Positions 37,806 to 51,600 of a DNA stretch of 64,000 nucleotides are shown here, in pieces. This DNA is from Magallana gigas (taxonomy: Eukaryota), in the NCBI RefSeq assembly GCF_963853765.1, contig NC_088855.1:11966001-12030000 (forward strand), given 5' to 3'. The position numbers and the translations under genes are program-made. How positions within the stretch are numbered: position 1 is the stretch's first letter; each line of letters starts with the position of its first letter. The notes beneath the pieces were generated by a model, which saw nothing but the letters and a program-made list of their open reading frames with translations, was not told where the DNA came from and did no database searches.

Positions 37806-39030
37806 ATGCTCCTGCAAGTTCTAGGGCTGTTCTTTCTTTTGGCTGTAGCAAAAGCCCAGGTTTTCAGTCTGGGGAAATGTCCAACGGTAAAAACACAAGA
37901 TCCTTTTGACATAAATAAGGTAAGTGTTAAGTTTGAACAAATCAAATGCTCACACAAGTTTATCACTTTTCATGAGTAGTAACAATATTCAACGTAAAGG
38001 CACGTAATGTTAATATAAATTGTATACATACATGTTTATGTCAATTTTAATCTAAATTCATTAACATAAAATCAAAACAAGCATAATAAAACAGGCGAGA
38101 TCTTATTAGCTTTGTTAACACAAAATTAAGTGATAATTCAGTGTTCTATCATACATCAATTAACGGTAAACATATATGATTCTATTGTTATAATATTATT
38201 ACATATAGTATTTGGGCGACTGGTATGAGATATACAAATTTGAAGCAAGCTTTGAAGGAAAGCAGACGTGTATACGTGCCAACTATCAATTGAAAGAGGA
38301 TGGTCACATCAGAGTGCAAAACACAGGAATAGAGTACGTCCTTAATTGCTTGATTTCATTGCATTGTTTACATCCCATTACCTCTATGTACATTATCTAT
38401 CTTTAGAATCTTTCTTTGTCTAATTCGAGTTGGTCTGGTAAACAATGAATTAATATATCACCATTTTAAACTTTTTCTTCTAAAGAGATGGTAAAAACAT
38501 AACGGCTGTAGGCGATGGTTATGCCCCTGATAAAAACGTCCCTGCAAAGCTGCAAGTCCGATTCTCTGATAGTAAGTATAAACCGAATACAATACCATCC
38601 TTACACAAGTTGATCTAATGGGTTTTTTTTTATATATAACTTGTACATATCATTGTTATGCACATTGTATGTGTTATCAATTACCAAATGTTAAACCCCT
38701 TTTTAAAATTTCACAACATTTTGTAATTTTTTACATAAATATTTTCATATACTCTTTTATCATTTAAGTGTTGTTGGATACGTTTTTTTTTTTTTTATTT
38801 TAGAGGCTCCGTACGGCAAGTACTGGGTTTTGGACACCGACTATGACCATTACACGTTGATCTACTCGTGCACTGATCTTGCTGGACTCAGTCATATTGA
38901 GTTTGCGTGGATTCTAAGCCGGGCAAGAACATTAGATGACCAATACAAAACAAAACTGTTTGATTTAGTCACGTCATATGGGATCAAAACATCAAACTTT
39001 CAAAAAGAAGTTCAGGAAGGATGTTCATAA
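37806..39030 (+). CDS. Apolipoprotein D-like lipocalin 2; 183 aa
   Basis: Exons 37806-37919, 38209-38333, 38486-38571, 38804-39030 (552 nt, open). The first three exon lengths (114/125/86) are identical to paralog 1. Motifs YLGDWYEI, YWVLDTDY, YSC and AWILSR. Confidence 0.95.
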
Positions 39031-41222
39031 CCTTTTTATACATGTTCATTTGTGTTTCCGTTTGTGTAACAAAATATCACTGACTTAATGTAAATACGTT
39101 TTAAGTTTTGTAAATAATAGCTCCAGTAAAGTGAGTTTAATTAATCACTTCCCCACTGGCTCTACCACAGTCTTCTATTTTGGGACCCATGTTTAATTGT
39201 CCGCCATCGCAGGCATTTGAAAGTTAGTAAACATGACTCACTGAAGAAAAAAAGATGTACAAAATTTTCAAAAGAGGAAATGTTGGCTGAAGACATTGCT
39301 CCATGTTCCAGTGTTCCATTGCACCATAGAAAACACAGCCCGTAACAATAGATCTTTATGTTTAAACACGAAACTAATTGATTAACAAGTGCATTTACCG
39401 TTACTCTACCGACCTTTATCAAAGTTGCCTCCAAAAGGTAGTTGTACTGTATGGTGTATCAAACATTGACGCTTTTATTGCCGATTTAATAGCGTACTTG
39501 TCTGAGAGATTAGTTTGAGAAGAAGGAAGCCATAGAGAAGATAAGGAAGCCAGTGGCTAGGGACTATGTGTACAGGTTTTGCTATGACTACAATTCGGTG
39601 TCCGGGTATTTCCAGTCTCGGATAGGTTTACATTTACAGCATTCAGATTGTAATATCCTATTAAAACCGTTTGCCGAGTCTATAAAAGTTATTTTGTTTT
39701 GGAGGGAGAGTCAAATAGAAGGAATGTTAAAGTTAAATCTCATCAGCTGGACCCTTTATAGTACGGCGCTATCTGATAAAAGCTTGTTGCATTTTTGTTA
39801 TGAATGAATGAGTCTTCTATTAACTTTTAAATTTGTAAAAATTAAGTGGACAAAAAAAAAAAAAAAAGAAAAGAGCAAAGACACTATAAATGTGTTACAG
39901 AAGAAATCAAGAAAATTGGCTTAAAGATCTCCCATCCTCATTCATGTTCCATAACTCTAAACTATCTGAATGTTTTTAATTAGTACCATAAATATGCCTT
40001 TTATATAGACAAAATAAGTCTTCCAGTGTTGATATTGCAATGGGTTACTCAACGACATGCTTGGCTCAGCGGATCCACGGGATCTGCTATTTTAGGTAAA
40101 GGGGTTGGGACACCGATGCAGCGGTACAACCTTCTTTACTTTTTTAAAATTGATCTCAACTTGTATATTTCCTCCATTATATCCATCGTGGGAAAACTTG
40201 CAATTACTTTGTTAAATGCATGGGTATCATCAATAAATTTCTTTTTCTTTTCATTTCATTTATAAAATTTGAAGGACAAATGTTTTTAGGATGAAAAAAA
40301 ATATTTTGGGGCTAATGATCGAAGAACCTTAAGCTTACATCTTGTAATTATATTATCATATTCTCAAGGTACAAAATGATATAAAATGAAATGAGCAAAA
40401 CGTCACACATTTCTCAAGTCTGAACATGATTTATAGATGTAATATTGAACCGTGATGATGTTATCGATAACTAGTTTAACTGTCTTGCTCTGTTTGAAAA
40501 TATAATTTGATTCGTGAATGCTGCATAAAAATGCAAAACCAAAAAAACTAGATAACTTTAAAATGTATATATTGCTCGAAATGATCTCTAAGCATATTCA
40601 ACGAAGAGAACCTCATTATGGAGAACTACTATCTATTTATCGTTATTAATTAATTAATTAATTAATTAATAATCGTTGGGTTTTACATGAAAAGTCAATG
40701 TATAAATGTTTACCAGAAAAGGTCAATATATTTCATGCTGTCCCATACTTCGTGAAATAACAAACATGTTCAGCAGGAAATAATTTTCTTGGATGATAGA
40801 TCATTTTGTCGATAATTTTATTGTTTCTTTAGAAACGTATTTCATATAAGAAGTTGTAAACTGTAGTAGAACGTTAAATGGATCGGTTTTCTTTATATTT
40901 CTTTTATGCTTTAATCCATTATTGCTCTCATATTTCAACAATGGAGGTACATGTAGAAAATCATTACTTGTAAACACGGAGCTCTGAAAAACATGTTACA
41001 TTCTTATAAATAGTTCTGTGTTAAGGCGCCGTTGATTTAGTATTACTATCTTATTTTATGAGGTCTAATTCAAGAAACAATGGTTAGGTTTTCTTCTCCT
41101 TTAAATCCTTCAATACTCTCCAAATAAACGTTATGCCCCAGTCACACATTCATGGATCAACTCCACGGTTCTACTACGGAATATTTTCCACAGTTGACAC
41201 CGGAAAATCAAATTATCGTTAA

Positions 41223-41605
41223 TGCCCCAGTCACACATTCACAGATCAACTCCTAGGTTCTACTCCGGATTTTTTTCCACGGTTGACACCGGAAAATCTA
41301 ATGATACGGAGTTAGTACGGATGCACTACGGAATGGATACAAATTGATACATACGAATTACTACGGAGTTAAAACGGACTTCTACGTTCTAAAACGGTTA
41401 AGTTTTTCTGAGGAAGTACTACGGTGGTTTCATCCGTAGTGGAATTTTGAACATGTTCAAAAATTGTCGCAGCTATACAAGTATTGCTACGTTTGGATAC
41501 GATAACAGACGGAAAAGCCACGGGTCAATATATATCGCCACGAATGATTCCGGATCGCTTTCGTAGCTAATCCGGCATTTAATCCGTGAATGTGTGACTG
41601 GGGCA
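41223..41605. mobile_element. MITE with TGCCCCAGTCACACATTCA TIR; extra copy of the left end at 41134-41218
   Basis: TTAA-TGCCCCAGTCACACATTCAC ... GTGAATGTGTGACTGGGGCA-TTAA. Confidence 0.75.
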
Positions 41606-41848
41606 TTAAGCACTAGTGACTAACAAAACCACTATAAAGCAATAGCAACGACACACTTTCACCAAGTAGAAATTGATTTCTATTTAATTTGTACCCCAAA
41701 CGCAAGATAACATATTCAACTTCTCTTGCCTTTTTGTTCTTAAAACACACAAACATTCTTTCTTGATATGTATGTTCGAAAAAAGTAATAATATTTATCC
41801 GTCTAATAGGGAAACGAAATCATAAGCTATATATCAACTTTAGATTAA

Positions 41849-42346
41849 AGGGGCATGGTCACGATTTTGGTCAAAATCCCCCCCCCCCCCCCCCGATTTT
41901 AATATTTACAATGCTTCAGAAATTTTTAATAGGCAACCGAAATTTGAGTGTCATTTGTTGAGCTATAAGCAAGTTTCAGAGCTTGGAATTCTTCGCTATT
42001 TAAACAAAGCGTTTGTTTACATTTTGAACGTTGAAGTAAAAAATTCAGTTTTAGACCTAAAACGAATGTATTAAACGTTAGGAACTGTTTATCTATGCTT
42101 AGAATAAATAAAAAGATAGACAAATAAGCTGGAATTTTTTTTTTTAACTGGTATATTGAATCTATGTAAACAAAAACAGGGCACGAGCCGTGTTTACATG
42201 TTAAAGAATTGTGAGCCCTTTATCTTGCTTATAACACTACGAATAACTCTCAAATTTAATTTGATAATTAGAAATGCATTTCTAAAGCATTGTAAATAAT
42301 AAAAACATTAAACTAAAAATTTTACCAAAATCGTGACCATGCCCCT
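41849..42346. mobile_element. Non-autonomous TIR element with TTAA TSD (Kolobok-type ends), copy 2
   Basis: TTAA-AGGGGCATGGTCACGATTTTGG ... CCAAAATCGTGACCATGCCCCT-TTAA. Confidence 0.85.
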
Positions 42347-44088
42347 TTAAGTTCATTTCATTTCTTTTAACTTATAAATGCCTTAAGATCCGTTCACAAA
42401 ACTTTATGTTCACTATAAGCAAACCAATTATAAACAATATCATTCACTTTCTCCCAATTTAACTCGATCAGAATCAATTATTTAGCTGTAATTTTCTTAC
42501 ACTGTGTGTTATAAGCTTATGCAGACATAGAACAAAACAGACGAGAGGTCAGAAAGTTAGTCTTGTCCCCTTTAAGACGTACGCCCCAAACAGTTAACCC
42601 AGTGGAAATACAATGTCAAAAACTACTAAACTCAAATCTTATGCTTAATATGTTCGTGTGTTTCAATATCAATTTCGCTAAACACGCGATATGTGTAATA
42701 TTTATCTTTACATGTACATGTATTGACACGATGGCATCGATATTTTGAATTGCAATTCTTTGATGTTCTTGGTACACGAACGGTTGTGCAGACGTATTTT
42801 CGCGCACTATACCATGCTATACAACTGTATCATTTGTGTAACGAAGTCAAATTTAAACCTAAACCAATACTTAAACGGACACCAAGTTAATAGATGTGTC
42901 TGGGTTGCGTAAATTACTCCATAAATCAATACTGTCTATAATTCTAAAAAAGAAATAAATACCAAACAAAAACAGGTCTTGTTCCGTGAGCATGGCATTA
43001 AGATATGAACTGAAGTTATTACTACTTTGCTTGCATTTTACCTAGGGAACGTTTATTGAATAAAATGTTTGTTTTGGTTTTTTTCTTCTTCAAAAATTAG
43101 TAAACTTTCAAATTCATGTGTAAAAAGAGTTTGCTGGTTATGTGATATCCGTTATTTTCTCCCTTAACGAATCACGATTGGAGAAACCAGTCACGTGTTT
43201 ACAAATTGGCATAGACATGGATATCACCTCAGAACAAGGGTTTCGTACCCTCAAAGTTCAATTGCATAAGGAATCATGAATACAGCAGAAATAATGGAAG
43301 AAAAACTTTAATTGCAAAATAAATAATGGCAACACTTCAACAGAATGTAATAACACATGTATATGACTGAATAAAACCAATCAAATATCTTTGATTGACA
43401 ATCATATAATTACGTCACAATTATTTACAACATTATAATGACAGGAAAGGCTCGATGACTTGATTTGTTGGGGAAAATATTTATATAGGGGAGAGTGGAC
43501 TAGAATGGTTTTCTAAACAAAAATATATTACTCACAGAATATTTAATCTCACATACATACTGGTATGCCCTAGCTCTTGATTCATACTTTTAAACATGGG
43601 ACACACAACGATAACAAAGGACAGACACGTCTAAATGACACACGGATAATTGATATTGTACTGTACAAGTATATATCAATATTGCACAAATGATGTTTCA
43701 TAATTCTATTCAAGATATTTACGGATTAGCCTGAGCAACTTTTACTACTACAGATAAATTCATATATGATAAAAATTTAGATTGTATCGTTCTGGAAACG
43801 TCTTTGTGTCTGGGTTTGTTACTCGGACAGAAATTTGGAAGCTTGGAAAACTTAAATTGGTTTTTTGATGTACCCAGTTATATTAAATGCATGACAACGA
43901 CTTCCCGTTCACCCACTGAACGGCTTTAACAAAAACATTGGTGAGTTTAACTTTGCGCCATAACCTTACAGATGAGAATACTTCCCATTTTCACATTCGA
44001 CCCTTTGATCCAAGATTCCTTTTTAACCCATGACCCAATTGGCACAACTGATGAGAAACTATACCAGGAAAACTCTTTATTTTTTTTT

Positions 44089-47000
44089 TCAACCAAATAG
44101 CCCGTTTCGTTGCATTAATCGTGCCCACCAGGGCACTTGTTGCTGAGCTGGGCCTTGGGCAACAGGGTTGTTTGGTCTGTTGCTCATTATTAAAGGTAAA
44201 CAAGTTCTTGTCGACCAATTACAACGAATGTATGGGGAACCACAGTGATTGGTCCCCGGCACACATTCGGGTCTCCTCTGGCAACTATATATTCTCTGAG
44301 TGAAAATGTCATTAATTCCATCAACTACAAGAAGTCTTCCCAGCCCCATAGAAACAAGAGGCTGGTGACCTTGATCCCCGACGATTCTCGGATAGTCTCG
44401 GCCGGGGTTAATGCCGTGTTGCCTCTGTCTTTGCCGAAACTCCTCCCATAAACAATCGACGAAAGCGTGGTGAGAAAAGAACGCTGGGTCGTATGACGAA
44501 GATTCTATACGACTCATTTGCTCCCCAATCCAGACGTGCACATGATTGTGTAACAATTCTAGATTATACCGGTCCTCGGCACTGGGGTTCGAGATTTCCC
44601 ACATCCACCTTCGGCTAAATACATTTTCTAAATCTGTTTTTGACATCAGTCTTCGGTCTGCTCCTATATCGCGGCGGAGGGGTCCGTAAGGGGTAGTAAA
44701 TCGCCGGAAGGGGCCAGTTACTACAGCGCCGTTTCCGTTTCCGAAGAATAATGGGGACCACATGATGGATCTTCTTGGATCAGGAAGCTCAGCATCGAGT
44801 GTGTTGTCCCAGTATGGAATGGTTACGTTGGGAACTTTCTCTCGAAGGGCGTTTTCGAAACTGATAAAAAAAATAAAAATAAATCATCATCTTACTATCG
44901 GTAAATACAGACTATAATGGAAGAAACGTAGAGGTTGCGTGTTTTCAAATCATTTGCACTATGACAGATATGATAGGATAAAAACCCAGTAAGGTCACAA
45001 AAACTTGCCCCTAAGACAATGATGCTTTCATTTTTTTGTTTCCTATCAATATTTTGTAGTATCATTGCATTGATTTATGCCCATTAACTGGACCGTGACA
45101 CATACTGAGCCTTTCTGGAACCCATGTAGGCGTTAACTGTGAACTAGATGACTCAAATATTTCCGAAATTTCCATTTTCTCGATTAACTATACTCTTGAC
45201 TGGAATTCCGTCAAGATAGGGTTTTTGCGCATTGTGATTAACTGTGATGGCTGTGTTGAGATATTTATGTTACCTGAGCAGTTGCTTCTTTTGTTAGAAG
45301 ATAGGGTCGAAGTGTAGTTCTTTGATTGTGTTTTTGAGTCAAAATAAAGAAACAGTGAACGCTTCTACACCAACACAAAACTAGCCTGCATGACTTTTGG
45401 TTATTTTGATCATCGAGAATAACGTATCCTTTGGTAAATCAGGGCATAAAAAAGCCACAAATGGTTACGGGAAATGACAAATCAGTATATGCGTTCTTAT
45501 GAACCAAGATAAATGCAAATGATATCAACTGCGACGGTCAAATTGAAGGACGGTGGTCTTTTATTTCATCAGACAAGCCTATGAATGTGAGACGAAATGT
45601 ATGAAACATGTAGGATTGCTGAGTAACTATCAAATATGTACATGTGCGTTTTCAGCGCAGTGTCTAAAAATTTGTTCACGAAAGACCTTGAAAACAAATG
45701 AATGAGACTGTCAAGATGACAGATGTTAGAAGAAAACTATGATTTAATATAACGCTGTGGTTTAAAACGTATATTCGTAAGACAGAAATGGGTCTTTCTT
45801 TTGAATTATGAATTGCCCTTCAACTGGTTTTTTGCATCTGGAGAAAAATGCGGTATCAACAGGACCTGAACCCGATTTGACCACAAGCTCCTCGTATCCA
45901 TAACTATAGTCACGAAGAGATTAGGGTCAAAACGGGCTTATCCCCCATGGTGAAACCCGCCTTATTTAATTTTTTTTAAAAATTGAGCTGTATATTTGCT
46001 GTATCTTATGATATTTAAAATTGCCTGGTCCAATGTTTCAGCTTTTAGTTAGTACGGTATTAAATGATTTTCTCTAAATATCAACTATCTTACAAAGTTA
46101 TAAACCTTCAACTAATTACACCAGTCACCCCCCCCCCCCCACTCCTTAAAAATATACAAGCTCATTCGTTACGAGTGTGTTTTCATAACGCAAACAAACT
46201 TAAGAGAAATTTGTAAAAATATGGATGGAATGCTTTATTTTAGATCGACCAAAACATATTTATTTGAAAGTTATACGATGTTTTTAGCTTAAGTCAAGGT
46301 CTTAATGCAAAATCATCTCTCGACATCGAGGCAAATCTCTATAGGGGCGAAATTATACGATACCTTATCATGTATAGTTTGTTTTAAACATCAAAATCTC
46401 TAATAAATATTCCTGAAATAATCGGTAAAACTACTGCATTGCCTCATGATCTACGCATACAGAACAGCCCCATTGTTTTACAGCTTACTACATTAAAGAT
46501 GATATAGTATGCAGTTTTTGAGATAAATAAAGATCAGATGACAAATATCTTTTTTCCAACAAATATCTGTTTTTCAAGTCGATATAAGCATATTTTTCTT
46601 TTTGTGATTTTGTGATAATTTAAACTTCGTACGTTCTTGATTTTTCCTTAGGTTAACCAAACAAAAATGATGAACATCAGTTAATATAGTTTTTCCATCA
46701 ACAAAATGGGAAAAAATGAGATTATTCACCAGGATCTAAACATGTCGCGTTTTATTTCAGTTCCCACCATGTCAGCCTCCAAAAACATTGTTTATCGGCT
46801 ACCAAGCCCGCCTGTCAACCGGTTACTCGTATCACATGTATCCTTGGGCTGATTTAGGGCACAATATAAACTGACATTTAAAAATTCGTCCTTATATACA
46901 TGTAAACGGGGGGAGGAAATAACAACAACCAATAGGATATTGTCCCCTTTTGCATTGTCATCGACCACAGATGACTGAAACAAAACGCCACAGCCCTTCA

Positions 47001-47640
47001 GAGGAGACAATACAGAATATACATGTACAAGTAAAAAACTTACAGTGTAAGGTAGATTCTGTGCCATCCCAGAAATCCGGGGCCGCCGTGGGCGCCCGAG
47101 GCTGTATTGAGATGGTGGAGAGAGGCGATGGCATCAAACTTATTTGGCAACACAGTCTGAAAAGAAAGTGTTTCCAATTAGTCTTAATTACTTTATTTTG
47201 TTAAGTTGGCCAGTACAATTAAAAAATGCTAAAAGAAATCAAAGTTTTTGAAGTTTTGCAATGATACATAAGTTTTGATCGGAAAGAAATTGTTTCTCAT
47301 TTAAAAACAAAATTATTAGTGTAATTTGAAAATGTTTAAGATATTTAAAGTACTTAAAGCTTAACTATGATATTTATTTCTAAGTTTTGTAAATCGTATG
47401 TACCCGGTCGTTCTTTAGAAGAAGTATGGCTTGGTGGTAGCTTCGTCGCTCTTCATCAGACAGCAGACGATACTCTTTGCGCACGCGCAGTTCATTTCCT
47501 CTTGGAAGGTAGAAAAGGCCATTCATCCATTGAACAAATCTTGAGTTGGCGTTAGTTTGCGTTCTGATTTGCAGACGACTGATGGGAAAAATCGCCAGAA
47601 ACAGGACAAGCACGTGCAGCACGGACATTAGTGACGGCAT
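44089..47640 (-). CDS. Tyrosinase-like protein 2 (short form); 373 aa
   Basis: Exons 47640-47404, 47156-47044, 44860-44089 (1122 nt, open). Signal peptide. RVRKEYR motif. CuA: LHH..GAHGGPGFLGWHR. CuB: LHNHVH..DPAFFSHHAFVD. Also IPYWD. The 113-nt CuA exon and its phases are identical to tyrosinase 1. Confidence 0.93.
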
Positions 47641-48607
47641 GGTCTGAAACTGTAAATAGCAAAAACAAAAAATAAGTTATTGTTTTATGACTCGTGTATC
47701 ATAAATTCACAAACTTAATGCATGGACTTCAGAGTTTCACAAAAAAAATTACTGCAAGCAACAACAAAAAATACATCCGCTGGCAGGCTCGAGATTTACG
47801 TGCGCGTGTACAGACATTACATTTTCATGGTTGGACACGCTTTTCGTCTTATGATGAGAAGTTCATTAATGTAGCCACTAAGAAAACAATAAAAATACGA
47901 CTCTGACAAATCTGACATGTACATTGTTCTGTGCCCAAAACACGTGTACTGTATGTGGTTTACGACCTACGGTTGCGCCAGAAAGGAATACACTGAAAAT
48001 TACAAAGGGTGTTTCAACCTTCTTGGTTTTAGAATAATGGAAGGATCATTATTTTTTTAATGATACTTGGTAATTCTTCCCTAGCTGTATTTAAAATTTC
48101 ATTAACATAATACCATTACGCATATGCCGTTGTTCTCATCAAAACCAGGTTGATAAATAATGCACCACAAGTTTTTAAATTATCATATCTTTAATAAGTA
48201 AAGGCAAGGAAGTCACAATGTATTCCTCTGAACTGAAAAGTTGACGGCTCACCACTTATTTTGGAAACACCAACAAGACTTCATGATTTCTATAAGTAGC
48301 AAACCATGCATCTTCATATTAAGTTCTTGCGTTAAAAAGATGATGCATTGTTTATTGAAGCAGGTCAAGGATAAAGCTTGTTTCTGTTAGCAAACCAAAA
48401 TTTTCATAAGGCCGTCTCCTACTTAAATTGTATCTGGTGTAACCTGTTAACTTAAGATCATAAACATACAATGAATTAACTTTCAAAGTCATCAACTGTT
48501 GTGTTGTCAAGCTGAGTTCAATACTTTATGATTGTTCAAGAAAAGAAATTATTGTATCTTGAATCTTCAGAGGCTTATTCAAGAAATATTATACTAATGC
48601 TAGTCCT

Positions 48608-48638
<31 letters not shown>

Positions 48639-51600
48639 GCTGGGTTTATTAATGGTATCGTTTGTGTCGTCCATTATACGATAAGAGAGGCTAATAAATC
48701 TGATATGATGTATAAAAAACACAAAATTGAGTTCAATATCACATAAGTCTGAGATAGTTTAGATATCAGTCATATAAATTGAACTCAATTATTTTCGGTC
48801 TGTGGTGTGTTATCAAGGTTTTTCAACTTTTGGTTAGAATCATAGATAGAAGGAGAGGATAAGGTATCAACGTGGAGACTCTAAGCCATAGAACAGGTGC
48901 GCCTTAAAAGAGTTAACCAACATTTAATGATGACTAATAGACTATAAGAAGACCAGATTGGTCACGATAAATGAGACCCCCACAGAAATACTGGCAGACC
49001 AGCAGATCAGGATATGTTCTATTGATGAGAATTTCTCTCATTTTTTATCATCTTCTAATGAGAAAATACCAATAAATAGTCTCTAAATCTCTCTCTTCTC
49101 CAAGTCTGCAATTTAGCAGGTTTTACGATTGATATACACTGTACTTTAGAAACTGGTCAAGGTTTCTTTATGACATTGAACAGTGTTGACCAAACCAATC
49201 GTTTTAGACATCATAGCATTAAATAAAAGACACTTTAAAGTTTATCAAAATGGGTCTTACAAGACCGTAAATCGTGAGTTATCTAATATTAAACATGTAT
49301 AATGTGATCTATAATACATTCATTACGACAAAGATTAGTCCTCTCCCATTTCATGTACAATATAATTATATTAACTTTAGCCCTGACAGCTACCGGAAGT
49401 TATCATCAGAAATCACAGACGAGGCTTCAAAAAACAGAGAAGCTCCTTAGACACCTCACAATCATAATTCACACGAGAACTTGTTATTCCATGTTCTGTC
49501 AGATTTGCTTTGAATATGATGTTCTGATTTGTATTTTTTATTCAATAAACAACGTGTTTTTTTTTGTTTTAACAATCGGACGTCACAGGAATATTACGTT
49601 GTCCATCCGGCAACTAATGAAGAAAAACACCTTGTTTATATGAATAATGTATGCCCGTGGTGAGAGAAGTGCGAATAATTGAATTATAAAACCTCCAATG
49701 TTTTATCTGAAAGTATCATAGAGATTTCATGATTCATCGAATGCTTAAGCAGATCTTATGATGAAGAAAAAATTGATATGAAGTCATTTGATTACAAATG
49801 TATCTCAGAGCATGTTCAACAGTTAGGTTATAAGGACTAACAGAATTGACAAGAACAGAAGATATGGGCAACGATCTGCACATGATAGCTTGAAACTTAA
49901 GTCAGCAATTTCCTGTCTCCAACCCCTTAACCTTCGTGTCTGTTGCATTACTTGCGCTTCAGATACTACAGTTTATAGGCACAAGTTTATCACTTCAAAG
50001 CAATGGCGAAAACAAGGGCAACATTTGTCATTTCATTCACTAGATGCCGAGAACAAGCCCTACACATCGGAGCATGGTGATTCAAATTATAGGCACGTGA
50101 TATTTTGGACCATTTTAACCTCCCTGAAAAGAGCTAAAATGTTTACTTTTTATTTCTCAAACTGTATTATGGCCAGCAAAATCGTATTCGAAATACTTAG
50201 GTAGATAGGTACTGTACTTGTACAATGTAGTTAGTGGACCACCCATTGTTCATACGTTGATTTTTATCATCTTAAAAGTTTAAGTTTGAGTTACACAAAA
50301 TCGGTGTCTCTTGCAGTCTTTCAATAAAACATTTTGTTGATTAAGTTAAACATAGCCATCTTTTCCGCCCCGTTTTTTTCTTTAACTTATTTTATGGAAA
50401 CTCGATTTGAATTCTTCAGCTGATGAACATGATAATATCATCTATTTATTAACCATTAAAACCCTTTTGATAAATAAATAACCATATTAAATGAAATTAA
50501 CAAAACAAACTTCTTAAATGTTGTATAAATAAAAGTTGTTACCCAGAATGCCGTTGTGGGATCAATGGATTGATAGATTTCCTTGTTAATCAGATTCCAG
50601 TTTGTATTACAAGTGAAACAATGCTCGTTGAAAGAAACAAATTGAATAAAAAAAACAGACAAAAGAACAAAAATGCCCTGTGGGTTTCTTTGTATCATCG
50701 CTTGTTTGTTTATTTTATTCTACTTTTAATTATTAAATCCCCCAATTCATACGTAATTCCGGTGATGATAGGTGATAAAAATGATATAAAACTCTACAAG
50801 CATATCGCTTTAAAGTCCCGTGGCTAGGAATGCAGTAATGGGTTTGACACTTGTCGTTTGCTATCGTTTTTCATAATTTATCTGTCATATTTTTTTTTGC
50901 CACTTAGATCATTGACAGAGAAGAAATCCGAAGGAACAAGTTCATGGAACTACCTGACGAGTGCGAATTTCTCTGGCTTTGATATTTGTTTTGGTTTTGT
51001 CTGGTTAAAGTTTATTTACTTCAAAGGGGCATGAAGTGTGGTCAATGCGCTAAGATGAGTCAAATCTAAGTCACTGGCATTTTATAAAATTTGGCAATTT
51101 TACTCCAAGCTAAAAAAATGTATAATTTCTTTTTTTTTAATGTGGATATCATTATGGTATTGACCATATTCTACACCCTCCTCTCAATGAATATTCAAAT
51201 CAAATATTATAGATCCAATAGTGTGCACAAATAAAACAACGTCACAAGAGTTCGATTACGGGAGAGGAACTTATGTCAAATCATAATAACATGTAATACG
51301 TATCAATAAAAATAGAGGACAAGCTACCACTGTATTCCCAATAACCCCCACACTGTCCGCTTGTTTCTGGCGCTCGTCAGGATGTTTTTCGTTATAACAA
51401 GGTCCGCAGGGGTTTTTCACGTGTTTTAGTGCAAATGTTAATAGATAAACAGCTTAATGTGTCAACTTCAACACAAAATTACTATTTCAGTTATTAAAGT
51501 GACAACTAATGACATTGTAACATGTTAATTACATTGAAGAATTATTTATCGATATCGTAAAAAAATTTAATGCCTTGATCAACTAATTTTTTCTTAAAAT

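Noticed and set aside
46344-46364. GGGGCGAAATTATACGATACC, resembling the Ginger1-like TIR, in the tyrosinase 2 intron
   Set aside because: Only a ~15-bp similarity, with no partner end or CCGG flank found.
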